Source of the DNA: Candidatus Obscuribacterales bacterium
GTDB lineage: Bacteria > Cyanobacteriota > Vampirovibrionia > Obscuribacterales > Obscuribacteraceae
Assembly: GCA_965228855.1 (NCBI GenBank)
Contig: CBDDIJ010000002.1
Coordinates: forward strand, 1,248,001 to 1,312,000
Reading direction: 5' to 3'
DNA: 64,000 nt
Shown: positions 19,589 through 28,699 of the stretch, piece after piece
How the letters are laid out: every line of letters begins with the position of its first letter
How positions within the stretch are numbered: the first letter of the stretch is position 1
Made by a program: the position numbers and the translations under genes
Notes under the pieces: model-generated
What the model was told of the DNA's origin: nothing
The model's database searches: none
What the model saw: the letters and a program-made list of their open reading frames with translations, nothing else

Positions 19589-22500
19589 TTAGCTGCGTTG
19601 CTCTTCGTTCGTTCCCCAACCACCACCGCCCGGTGTTTCAATGACAAAGGTGTCACCGGCTTGCATTGCCATGGTCGCCGTGCCGGTCAGGTTCACTATC
19701 GAATTGTCGTGTCTGACAACGTAGTTTTTACCGGTGAGTCCATCGCTACCGCCATTCATTCCAAACGGTTTTACGTTGCGTCTTTCAGATAAGATGGAAG
19801 CTTGCATAGCTTCTACGAATTCAATTTTTCGAATTACTCCATCTCCTCCATTGTACTTGCCCGCGCCACCGCTTCCTTTTCTTATCGAGAATTCTTTTAG
19901 GATCACCGGAAAGCGCCACTCCAGCACCTCCGGGTCCGTCAAGCGTGAATTGGTCATGTGCGTTTGAACCGCCGCGCAACCGTCGTGGTTCGGACCAGCG
20001 CCACTGCCACCGGATATGGTTTCATAATATTGATACCGGGCGTTGCCGAAGGTGAAGTTGTTCATAGTGCCCTGGCTCGCCGCCATCATGTTGAGCGCTC
20101 CGTAAACCGCATCGACAATCGCTTGCGATGTCTCGACATTACCGGCAACGACGGCAGCCGGATATCGAGGGTTGAGCATCGAGCCTTCGGGTACTGAGAT
20201 GTTCAATGGAGCCAGACAACCATCGTTGAGAGGAATGTTTGAATCTACGAGGGTCCGGAAAACGTAGAGAACCGCTGCTATCGTAATTGCGCGGGGCGCA
20301 TTCATGTTGTTCTCGAGTTGCGGCGATGTGCCGTTGAAGTCGATGGACGCTGAGCGAGTAAGTTTGTCCACTTTTATGTTGACACAAATTTTGGCACCAC
20401 TATCCATCGTCACGCTGAAAGAGCCATCCGATAGTTTATCGATTGCTTCGCGCACGCAATCTTCGGCGTTCTTCCTGACAAAATTCATGTAAGCGTAAAC
20501 GGTTTCCAGTCCATAATGTTCGATCAAACTGTTCAAACTCAAAACGCCTCTGTTGTTCGCTGCGATTTGGGCTTTCAAGTCGGAAATATTTTGGTCGACA
20601 TTGCGTGTCGGAAAACGGCAATTCGTGAGAATTTCGCGAATGTTCGTTTCTTCAAAAATGCCGTCGCGGACGAGCAGCATCGGGTCGATTAGCGCGCCCT
20701 CTTCATCAATCGTTTTACTATTGGGTGGCATGGAACCAGCTGTGATACCACCAATATCCGCGTGGTGTCCTCGTGAAGCGGTGAAGAAGAGGGGCGACTT
20801 ACTAGAAGACGTGAAAACGGGCGTGACCACTGTTATGTCTGGCAGGTGCGTGCCCCCGTCGTAAGGATTGTTGAGAACATAAGCGTCTCCCCTTCTCATC
20901 GAGCCGGAAAACTTGTTGATGATTGCGCGCACGCTCTCGCCCATGGAGCCCAGGTGTACCGGCATGTGCGGCGCGTTTGCGATAAGCTTGCCTTCTTGAT
21001 CGAACAGCGCACATGAGAAATCGAGGCGCTCCTTGATGTTGACGGACTGACTGGTGTGGCAGAGTGTGGCGCCCATCTCTTCGGCGATTGCCATGAATTT
21101 GTTATTGAACAATTCGAGCAGGATCGGGTCCGCCGTTTGGGCTGTGCCGTGGTGACGCTCCTCCTTGCCGTTTTTAGCAAAGCTAGATGTCTGTTGTGTC
21201 ATTATCAGGCTGCCATCGGAAGCCATGACCGCGGTCCAGCCAGGCTCGACGATGTTCGTGCTGGTTTCATCGAGAATCAGAGCCGGGCCATCCACAATTT
21301 GATCTTTTTTCAAATCGTCTCTGTAAATAATTGGCGTATCAGCCCACCATTGACCTTTGCTGTAGAGCTTGATTAGACCGTTGTCGAACAAATCCTTTTC
21401 TTTGGGTTGATGCTTGGCTGAAACGTCCTTGAATTTTGTTTGATCGATTGAGTGCCGTGAGGCTGCGGTCGCTTCAAGTGCAATAGATTCCAAAATTAGT
21501 TTTCGGTCCGGGGAATGAAAGCCGAAGCGCTGCAGATGCAGGTCGTGAAACGCACTCGCCATCAGATGTTTTTCATCCAGAGCAACTGCCAGACTCGTAT
21601 CGGAACCGTCGTAGCGAATTAGAACATCGCGTTTGAATTCATGTGTATTACCCCTGGAGCCCTGTGCCTCGAGTTTTGAACTTGCAGAGCTGATGAGCTT
21701 CTCGAATTCGTCTTTTAAGTCTTCCGATGGCAACTCGTCGAGCAATTTCTGAATTGCCTGGTGCTCCACAACTTTTATGCTGGACAGCCCGATGCCCATA
21801 GCTGAGAGTACACCGGCGAGTTTGTGTATCATGACCGTCTCAATACCGAGATTTTCGGCAAGCAAGCATGCGTGTTGTCCGCCCGCTCCCCCAAACGAGT
21901 TTAAAACAGCGTTCTTAACTTCGTATCCGCGTTCGATCGTGATCTGTTTAATCGCTCTCGCCATTTTTTCGACTGCAATCTCAATGAACCCCCAGGCAAT
22001 ATCCTCGGTTCGATTGAAGTCGGAAACCTTGTTCAGTTGCAGTTTCAAGTCAAGAAATTTTTCTGCGACAGCATCGAGGTCGAGCGGTTGGTCGGCATTT
22101 TCTCCGAATACGCTTGGGAAATAGTCGGATTGAATGCGTCCTAGCAGTAAATTTGCATCAGTGATTGTTAGCGGACCACCATTGCGGTAACAGGCTGGAC
22201 CCGGGTCACTTCCGGCTGATTCCGGTCCGACGAGAAAGCGATGACCATCGAAGTTGAGAATGGAGCCTCCGCCTGCTGCAATTGTATGGATAGGCAGCAT
22301 GGGAGCTCGAATCCTGATACCGCCGATGGTGGTAAGGTCTTGTCGATCAAATCGTCCATCGAAATACGAAACGTCGGTGGACGTGCCGCCCATGTCGAAA
22401 CTTACGACTTTTTCAAAACCCAGGTGCCGACTGGTTTCTACCGCGCCAACCAGTCCACCGGCCGGACCCGACAACAAGCTGTCCTTCCCGCGAAAATGGG

Positions 22501-23278
22501 ATTTGTCGGTTAGACCTCCGTTTGACTGCATGAAGTAGATGCTTGTTGATTTCAGCGGTTTGGCAAAACGATCAACGTAGCGGTGAAGAGGGGGTGACAA
22601 GTACGCGTCGGCGACGGTTGTGTCGCCACGCATGATCAGTTTTATCAGCGGGCTGGTTTGATAAGATACTGTCACGTGATCGAAACCAGCGCGCCTGGCT
22701 ATTTCTGCGCAGGCATCCTCGTGTTGGTTGTAGAGATAGCTGTGCATAAACACAATTGCACACGACGTGATACCACTTGCACGAGCGCTCCTTAATTCCT
22801 TTTCGGCGATTGCAGTTTCAAACGCTTCCAACTCCACCCCTGAAGCTGAGAATCGGCCGGGTAACTCAATCACCGACTGATACAGAGGCGACGGAAGTTT
22901 GATGGCTCGTGCAAAAATGTCGGGGCGATTCTGATATGCGATTCGCAGTGCATCCTTGAAACCTTTATTGATGACCAGAACGGTTGGTTCGCCTTTCCGC
23001 TCCAGCAGCGCGTTTGTCGCGACCGTGGTGCCCAGCCGAACTTCTTGAATGAGTTCGATCGGCAAGTCCTGAGTCTGGAAAACTGCTCCATCTTGTCTAA
23101 GCAGGTCACAGATACCTTGAACCGCAGCGTCTTCATAGTGACGCGGGTTAACGGAAAGCAGTTTATGAACTTGGCGAACCCCGTCACTTCTGATGCCGAC
23201 GACATCGGTGAATGTGCCGCCGCGGTCGATGAAAAATTGCCAGGTGTTTTGACTTGGTTGAGCTTGATTTATGGGCAC
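19589..23278 (-). CDS. oplA: ATP-dependent 5-oxoprolinase / hydantoinase A+B fusion
   Basis: IDRGGTFTD, GTTVATNALLERKG, SGPAGG, DMGGTSTDV, NIKERLDFSCA, GGTHLPD, GNVETSQ, TPGGGG motifs. Confidence 0.93.
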   Translation of the reverse strand: MPINQAQPSQNTWQFFIDRGGTFTDVVGIRSDGVRQVHKLLSVNPRHYEDAAVQGICDLLRQDGAVFQTQDLPIELIQEVRLGTTVATNALLERKGEPTVLVINKGFKDALRIAYQNRPDIFARAIKLPSPLYQSVIELPGRFSASGVELEAFETAIAEKELRSARASGITSCAIVFMHSYLYNQHEDACAEIARRAGFDHVTVSYQTSPLIKLIMRGDTTVADAYLSPPLHRYVDRFAKPLKSTSIYFMQSNGGLTDKSHFRGKDSLLSGPAGGLVGAVETSRHLGFEKVVSFDMGGTSTDVSYFDGRFDRQDLTTIGGIRIRAPMLPIHTIAAGGGSILNFDGHRFLVGPESAGSDPGPACYRNGGPLTITDANLLLGRIQSDYFPSVFGENADQPLDLDAVAEKFLDLKLQLNKVSDFNRTEDIAWGFIEIAVEKMARAIKQITIERGYEVKNAVLNSFGGAGGQHACLLAENLGIETVMIHKLAGVLSAMGIGLSSIKVVEHQAIQKLLDELPSEDLKDEFEKLISSASSKLEAQGSRGNTHEFKRDVLIRYDGSDTSLAVALDEKHLMASAFHDLHLQRFGFHSPDRKLILESIALEATAASRHSIDQTKFKDVSAKHQPKEKDLFDNGLIKLYSKGQWWADTPIIYRDDLKKDQIVDGPALILDETSTNIVEPGWTAVMASDGSLIMTQQTSSFAKNGKEERHHGTAQTADPILLELFNNKFMAIAEEMGATLCHTSQSVNIKERLDFSCALFDQEGKLIANAPHMPVHLGSMGESVRAIINKFSGSMRRGDAYVLNNPYDGGTHLPDITVVTPVFTSSSKSPLFFTASRGHHADIGGITAGSMPPNSKTIDEEGALIDPMLLVRDGIFEETNIREILTNCRFPTRNVDQNISDLKAQIAANNRGVLSLNSLIEHYGLETVYAYMNFVRKNAEDCVREAIDKLSDGSFSVTMDSGAKICVNIKVDKLTRSASIDFNGTSPQLENNMNAPRAITIAAVLYVFRTLVDSNIPLNDGCLAPLNISVPEGSMLNPRYPAAVVAGNVETSQAIVDAVYGALNMMAASQGTMNNFTFGNARYQYYETISGGSGAGPNHDGCAAVQTHMTNSRLTDPEVLEWRFPVILKEFSIRKGSGGAGKYNGGDGVIRKIEFVEAMQASILSERRNVKPFGMNGGSDGLTGKNYVVRHDNSIVNLTGTATMAMQAGDTFVIETPGGGGWGTNEEQRS

Positions 23279-23293
23279 GTGGTTGGCGAATAA

Positions 23294-23521
23294 CTAGCTG
23301 GAGGCTGCAGCCTGTTGGCACATATCGTTGAGCTGGTTGACCACAGTCGAAAACGTGGACGAGACAGCGCCAGCAAACCCACTCGTAGTGGAGGCAAAAG
23401 CCAGAGCTACCAGGCAAGCGACGAAAGCAAGTATAGCGCCATATTCGGTGATTGCTTGCCCATCATCTCCACGACGTCTGCGTTTCCATCTTAAGTTGTT
23501 CTTCAAAAGCCGTCTGAGCAT
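23294..23521 (-). CDS. flp: Flp family type IVb pilin
   Basis: Basic leader, then G|QAITEYG Flp motif and a hydrophobic helix; 75 aa. Confidence 0.85.
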   Translation of the reverse strand: MLRRLLKNNLRWKRRRRGDDGQAITEYGAILAFVACLVALAFASTTSGFAGAVSSTFSTVVNQLNDMCQQAAASS

Positions 23522-23742
23522 ACGCGTTTCTCAATGCACATCGCTGTGCGCGGGATAAAAATGGTAATTGAACAGGGATTCCGTCAACAAACAAATTGTC
23601 GACACCTCTCGGCGTCAGGACAAAATTTCAAATTGGAGCGATTCGGCATTGAACGTGGTTATTCTATCGTATCAAAACATGGCGATTTGCGTGAGGGATC
23701 AAAGCTGGAAAGCGTGGCGGAATTAGTTTTCCGGTTATTTAA

Positions 23743-23781
23743 AACAACAAGCGCTCTGAGTAAACAGAGCGCTTTGTTGTT
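23743..23781 (-). terminator. Intrinsic terminator downstream of the radical SAM gene
   Basis: AACAACAAGCGCTCTG-agtaaa-CAGAGCGCTTTGTTGTT hairpin; followed by TTGTTGTTTT on the minus strand. Confidence 0.7.
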
Positions 23782-23859
23782 GCAGCAGCACCGGCCGGGA
23801 ACCGGTTTCTCGTAATGCTTTAACGATCCATGCATGGCGAACACTGGATTCTTGAGAAC

Positions 23860-24750
23860 CTAAACATTGGTTAACAGAAGCCGCAGTTGCTGGTTTTCAT
23901 CCGCGCTATTCCCTCCTTGTCCTGATGTGGTTTGCGTCTGGTGTAGTCGAGCGGCAACATCGTAATTCGATTTTTTTGCAGCCGATTTGTGTGTGTGTGG
24001 TCGGTTGGTAATTTCGTTAAAAAGCCATTCTTGAACGCGTGCGTAAGATGAGGGATCGAAAAATTGTGCGTGCTTGTCCAGCAAGTCTTTGCGGTTATTG
24101 ATTTCCAGGTTGCGCATCGAATCGATCCAGATCGTGTTCACAACCGGTTTTAACAGCGCGACGAGCCGCTCTGGATTGCACGGAAGGAGTGGTGAAAGCG
24201 ATGCATGAGTCCTGACGCCAGCGTCCTTCAGGCTTCTAAGAACCTGCAATCGACGAGCTATGCTCGGTGCTCCCGGCTCGAAATCTCTTCGAATCTGTTC
24301 GTCGTCGGTCGTAAAGCTGACGCCAACGCTCAACGTATCGCCGAACTGTTTCAAGAGTTCCATGTCTTGAAGGATAAGGTGACTGCGAGTGTGCATCGTC
24401 AATTTCGCAGGTCGGTACTTCAACAACTCCTTCAAGCATTGCCGAGTAAGACGATACTTCAATTCCAGATACTGATAAGGGTCAGTTGCCGAGCTGAAGA
24501 ATATCGAGCTTCCAAAAACTTGAGCACGCTGTTTCCGAATCAAGTCAGGAGCATTGACCTTAACCTCGACCCATTTTCCCCACTGTTTGAAATCATCGTG
24601 CCGCTTGCTCGGGAACTTGGGAACGTAACAATAGCTACAGCGAAAAGCGCAGCCGGCGTAGGGATTTAGTGAATAATCATAGTGGCCTGCTAGCGAGCCG
24701 ACCTTCTGAGGCGTTAGTATTGAGGTTGCTTGGATCTCGGTCACTTCCAT
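23860..24750 (-). CDS. SPL (spore photoproduct lyase)-family radical SAM DNA-repair protein
   Basis: YSLNPYAGCAFRCSYCY (CxxxCxxC), SSATDPYQ, FEPGAPSIARRL. ORF-track start 24924 overlaps the divergent TPR gene; ATG 24750 (or 24759) fits the promoter. Confidence 0.88.
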   Translation of the reverse strand: MEVTEIQATSILTPQKVGSLAGHYDYSLNPYAGCAFRCSYCYVPKFPSKRHDDFKQWGKWVEVKVNAPDLIRKQRAQVFGSSIFFSSATDPYQYLELKYRLTRQCLKELLKYRPAKLTMHTRSHLILQDMELLKQFGDTLSVGVSFTTDDEQIRRDFEPGAPSIARRLQVLRSLKDAGVRTHASLSPLLPCNPERLVALLKPVVNTIWIDSMRNLEINNRKDLLDKHAQFFDPSSYARVQEWLFNEITNRPHTHKSAAKKSNYDVAARLHQTQTTSGQGGNSADENQQLRLLLTNV

Positions 24751-24757
24751 GAGATTC

Positions 24758-24786
24758 ATTATACATACGTACGTATGTGTGCGCAA
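24758..24786 (-). promoter_or_regulatory. sigma70-type promoter (TTGCGC-17-TATAAT) with a palindromic operator in the spacer
   Basis: Minus strand reads TTGCGC acacatacgtacgtatg TATAAT gaatctc ATG; ACATACGTACGTATGT (24763-24778) is a perfect palindrome. Confidence 0.75.
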
Positions 24787-24814
24787 GTAGTCACAAATTT
24801 CTTTTGGAGCAAGG

Positions 24815-25456
24815 ATGGCAATGGTCACTTCCACCACATCGGACAACACCGAAGCTCGTTCGGATAAAGACGATTCAGTTTCCGCGCGCGAAGCGGAATG
24901 GAAGGAGCTTGTCGAGAGCGGCATGAACGCCTTTGAAAAGGAGCGTTTTACGGTCGCGGAAATCAGTTTTAAATCAGCATTAGAGCTGGCTGAGAAGGTC
25001 GTGGAAGAGTTTCAGGGGGACGGTGCGGACGAACCCAATGTGTCGCCGCAAGCGGCTTCAAAACAGGGATTAGACGAGGCACGCGTGCGACTCAGTAAGA
25101 GTCTGAATAATCTCGCCGCTCTTTATCACGTCCAGGGCAAGTATGGACTGGCCGAAGAGCTCTACGAAAAATGTCTGGACCTGAAGCTCGATATGTACGG
25201 CGAAGAGCACATTGAAGTCGCAATCAACTTGCATAATCTGGGAGTTCTTCACAGCGCCAAGCGCAAGTTTCCAAAAGCAGAACTGCTCTACAAGCGAGCA
25301 ATCGAGATAAGAGAAAAGCTTCTTGGTGAAGACCACAAGGAGCTCATACCCGTTCTCAAAAATTACGCATTGCTGTTGAAGAAAACCAATCGCGCCGAGG
25401 AAAGTGCGGCGGTCGAAGCTCGCGTAGCGGATATGGAAGGAAAACAGTCCGAGTAA
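24815..25456 (+). CDS. Tetratricopeptide repeat protein (kinesin-light-chain-type TPRs)
   Basis: SLNNLAALYHVQGKYGLAEELYEKCL..G.EH.EVA.NLHNL repeats. Confidence 0.9.
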   Translation: MAMVTSTTSDNTEARSDKDDSVSAREAEWKELVESGMNAFEKERFTVAEISFKSALELAEKVVEEFQGDGADEPNVSPQAASKQGLDEARVRLSKSLNNLAALYHVQGKYGLAEELYEKCLDLKLDMYGEEHIEVAINLHNLGVLHSAKRKFPKAELLYKRAIEIREKLLGEDHKELIPVLKNYALLLKKTNRAEESAAVEARVADMEGKQSE

Positions 25457-25484
25457 CTAATTGATTTAGCGCGCTCTGTTGTGT

Positions 25485-27920
25485 CTATCTTGTGGTGGTC
25501 TCGATGTGTGCTGGTAGCGTGAAGTAGATGCTCGTGCCGCGTCCTGCTTCGGACTCCGCCCAGATTTTTCCGCCCAGCCTCTCGACGTTGTTGCGCGCCA
25601 GGTACATCGATAGTCTTAAACTGTAGGTGTCTTCCGAATGTTTGCCCGCAATGAAACCGGCAAACATATCTTCGATTTCCACAGGTGGAAGAGCTGGTCC
25701 TGAGCTGGATACGGTGATTCTCATCTCGTCTCCGCGAATCGCGCTTTCCACTCTGACTCTGCCACCGGCGGCGGTGATGACGATGAGATGATGGAGAACC
25801 TGTACCAGGATTCCACGAACGGCATCCTTGTTGCCGGTAATTGAGGGCAGACCGGTAACTGTTTTGTAATCTAGCAAAAGTTGCCGCTCTCTTGCGAGCG
25901 GCGTCACCTCTTCCAGGCAGTCCGCAACCAGGCGGGTAATTATGATTTGTTCGCGCGGCACTACCGGCGGTGGTATGAACCCGCCGTACATCATCAGGTA
26001 ACTGTCGACGACGTGCAGAAGCTGTTCGTATTGTCCGTGAAGTTCAGTCAGCGACTGCGCTACTTGAGGGTGCATCGATGTGCCGGCGCTCGATAAAATC
26101 GAGTGCCAGCGAGATTCTCCCTGCGCCAGATTGGCGCGGATCGCGTCCTGGAGCATCGCAACTATTTCCTGCCGCAACTGCGCGTTTTCGGTTCTCAGCG
26201 ACTTGTCGCGCAAAACCATTACGTATCCCTGGATGTTGTTGTCCTCACCGCAAATTGGCTGCAGGTGCGCCAGGACTTCAACAAATTTCGATTCTTCGCG
26301 AGTGTTGTAGACGACAGCTTCCGGATAGAACCTGTTCAACACTGCGTTTGGATCACCACCGTGCCTTGCGAATGCTTGACCAAAGATTGTTCTTGTTCGA
26401 GCCTCTCCCGGTTTCTTGACCAGATCGAAACAGAGTCGTCCTGCGATCTCACCCTCGGAGCAACCGGCCCAATTCAAGAAAACCGGATTGGCCGACAAAA
26501 TATTTCCGTAACCATCGAGAATCAAAAATCCCTCTGTTGACGACTGCATAACAGCGTCGAGCTTGTGCTGAACTACGATCGCCTGTTTGTTCGCCTGATT
26601 TATCTGTTTCGAGACTTCGCTTAGTTGTCTCGATTGCGTTGATATCTGGCGGTTCAAACTCTCAATCTTGGTCGTCGAGCTTTCCACCAGCTTGGTCTTC
26701 TCTTCGATTTCTTCGTTTTGACGGCTGACCTTTTGTTTCAAATTCACCATGCTCGAACGCATGGTGCTGACGGCCGTATCGATTAACTCTCCCAGTTCAA
26801 GCCATTCTCCGGAGAGTCCCTCCAGTGGCGGAATTCTCTTTTTCTGCTCCGCGATATCTTCGGTTCTCAAAATCAAGAACTCCAGTGGCTCATCGACGCT
26901 GGCTTTAATCCGCTGAGTCAAGACGAAACCGATGAGCAGAGCAATACCACCAAAGATACCGGAGACGAGGAAGACCGTAAAAATTTTGCCGGTCAAATCC
27001 GGTACCGGAGTGGATACCAGCATTACGGCTAGTTCCTGGTGCGGGCGATTCGGAAATTTGATGCCGGTAAAGACTTGTTTGTACCAGAAGCGTCCGTTCT
27101 TCTCGAAGCTGCCATCGGCGATTTCGGGGTCTAGCGGCACCAGCGGTTTGGTTAGTGCATTGGGAAAAGGAGGGAACATATCCTTCGGAATCACGGAAGT
27201 GCCCTTGCGTCCCAGTTCTTGAACAAAAGGACCGCCGTCTCCACCGGTTAAACCCGGCGTTGCTGCGACTACTTTCTTCGCGGTGTTTGAAAATACAAGA
27301 AGGTCGATGCCCTGAACCGGCTGCGGCTCTTCGAGTCCAAACTTGGTCACCTCTCCAATCAAGTATTCGTTTGAAAACGGCTGACTGACGGCTACAAGAC
27401 CCTTCAGGCCACCGGACGATTCCATAATCGGCAAAATCGCCGACATCGTAAATGTTTGAGAGTTGGCTGCGTTGGCGGCTCCATAGTAAATGTTGTGATG
27501 CTGCGGATACTGCATCATGAACTGGACGGCTTCATTGTTAGCCGCCGCGGAAGAGCCGAACTTTGCCGGCGTCTCCGAGCTGTAAAATACGTTGCCTTTT
27601 TCGTCAATGATTACAACGAAGCCCGGAAAGTGACCTTCCTTGATTGCGCTGTTCAATGCGTCAGCAAGCGCGCGCCGGTCCTTCCGTCCGTACGCTTGCA
27701 TGATCGATTGGTTTCCGATAATTACTTTGGCAAATGCTTCGGAAGAGGCTTTCAGTGCGTCGTTGTCACGACCGAGCTTTTTGTAAGCCATCGCCACTTT
27801 GGCTCCGGCTGCCTGTCTGGTCGTGCGGAACTCGGTGTACAACGAAAAAACGGAAAGACTAGCCACCATGATTGCGATCACGACGACAAAAGCAAAAATC
27901 AGTTTTGAACCTAGACCCAA
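25485..27920 (-). CDS. Membrane sensor histidine-kinase-like protein (Cache-like, coiled coil, PAS, degenerate HisKA/HATPase)
   Basis: Two TM helices; PAS (EGFLILDGYGNILSANPVF); C-terminal VERLGGKIWAESEAGRGTSIYFTLP. H-box His and N/G boxes are substituted. Confidence 0.8.
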   Translation of the reverse strand: MGLGSKLIFAFVVVIAIMVASLSVFSLYTEFRTTRQAAGAKVAMAYKKLGRDNDALKASSEAFAKVIIGNQSIMQAYGRKDRRALADALNSAIKEGHFPGFVVIIDEKGNVFYSSETPAKFGSSAAANNEAVQFMMQYPQHHNIYYGAANAANSQTFTMSAILPIMESSGGLKGLVAVSQPFSNEYLIGEVTKFGLEEPQPVQGIDLLVFSNTAKKVVAATPGLTGGDGGPFVQELGRKGTSVIPKDMFPPFPNALTKPLVPLDPEIADGSFEKNGRFWYKQVFTGIKFPNRPHQELAVMLVSTPVPDLTGKIFTVFLVSGIFGGIALLIGFVLTQRIKASVDEPLEFLILRTEDIAEQKKRIPPLEGLSGEWLELGELIDTAVSTMRSSMVNLKQKVSRQNEEIEEKTKLVESSTTKIESLNRQISTQSRQLSEVSKQINQANKQAIVVQHKLDAVMQSSTEGFLILDGYGNILSANPVFLNWAGCSEGEIAGRLCFDLVKKPGEARTRTIFGQAFARHGGDPNAVLNRFYPEAVVYNTREESKFVEVLAHLQPICGEDNNIQGYVMVLRDKSLRTENAQLRQEIVAMLQDAIRANLAQGESRWHSILSSAGTSMHPQVAQSLTELHGQYEQLLHVVDSYLMMYGGFIPPPVVPREQIIITRLVADCLEEVTPLARERQLLLDYKTVTGLPSITGNKDAVRGILVQVLHHLIVITAAGGRVRVESAIRGDEMRITVSSSGPALPPVEIEDMFAGFIAGKHSEDTYSLRLSMYLARNNVERLGGKIWAESEAGRGTSIYFTLPAHIETTTR

Positions 27921-28105
27921 CGGCTCTCCACTAGTTTTGAGGCTTCAAAGAGATCTCTACCTGAAGTTCATTACTACTTCTATGTATGTGAACTCTAGGT
28001 TGATATTCCACAAAAGTAAAATAGGTTTAACCCTGGGTTTCACCGTCGGATAAACGTTCTCTTCGCTTTTGCGCTGGATTAATTGTCGAAATGCTGTTTC
28101 GGAGC

Positions 28106-28384
28106 CTATTCAGACTCTTTCTCTTTGAGCTTGCGCAATTCCGCCTGGACCTGAATAGCGCGGATAAGTTGGTTTGGTCCGCAGAAGCCCAATTCCAGGA
28201 GAATCTGCCCCAGTGGCTTACGCTCCTTGCCTGCTTCTTCGTCCGACCGCTGGATGTGAAGCGCCTCATCCAACTGATAAATAGTGATATAGCCCAGATC
28301 TACGAGAATCTGACCCAACAGGTACTTGTTCTCTTCGGAAGTTTGCGCGTCTTGCGACTTTGTCGTCGTATCTTCTTTTGTCAT
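28106..28384 (-). CDS. Stand-alone MshEN-like (c-di-GMP-binding motif) protein
   Basis: Two LGQILxxLGxxxxxQLxxAxxxQ motifs in 92 aa. Confidence 0.8.
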   Translation of the reverse strand: MTKEDTTTKSQDAQTSEENKYLLGQILVDLGYITIYQLDEALHIQRSDEEAGKERKPLGQILLELGFCGPNQLIRAIQVQAELRKLKEKESE

Positions 28385-28417
28385 GTGCCTGTCGTGTAGT
28401 TATCTGAGTTGAAAAAA

Positions 28418-28508
28418 TGACCGCTGGACGCACCCGTAGGTTACAACTTATGGCTGCTGGGTTTCCCCCCTGACCAGGTTCGTCGGCCTCCGCCGCGCCC
28501 AACGATCA
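28418..28508 (-). ncRNA. ffs: Signal recognition particle RNA (4.5S)
   Basis: Minus strand TCAGG-GGG-GAAA-CCC-AGCAGCC helix-8 signature; closing stem GATCGTTGGGCGC/GCGTCCAGCGGTC; TATAAT just upstream and a T-run downstream. Confidence 0.9.
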
Positions 28509-28699
28509 CTCAAATTATAGACGATTAGTGCTTGGAACCGTAAAGACCCTCGGTTGTCATTCCGTAACTTCTTAAGTTTTGCGGTTTTAAGGAGATCAGT
28601 GGTTTTATTCTTTGGTTTAATTTAGGCCTTGAGGCATCTGGTCATTAAACCGATGTCCGCTTTTGCAAAAGTCACCGAATATGGTGGCTGAATATTTCG

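Noticed and set aside
24751..24924. ORF-track N-terminal extensions producing overlapping divergent genes (also 59803-60177 and 19533-19619)
   Set aside because: Downstream starts with better RBS, promoter or domain boundaries remove the overlaps.
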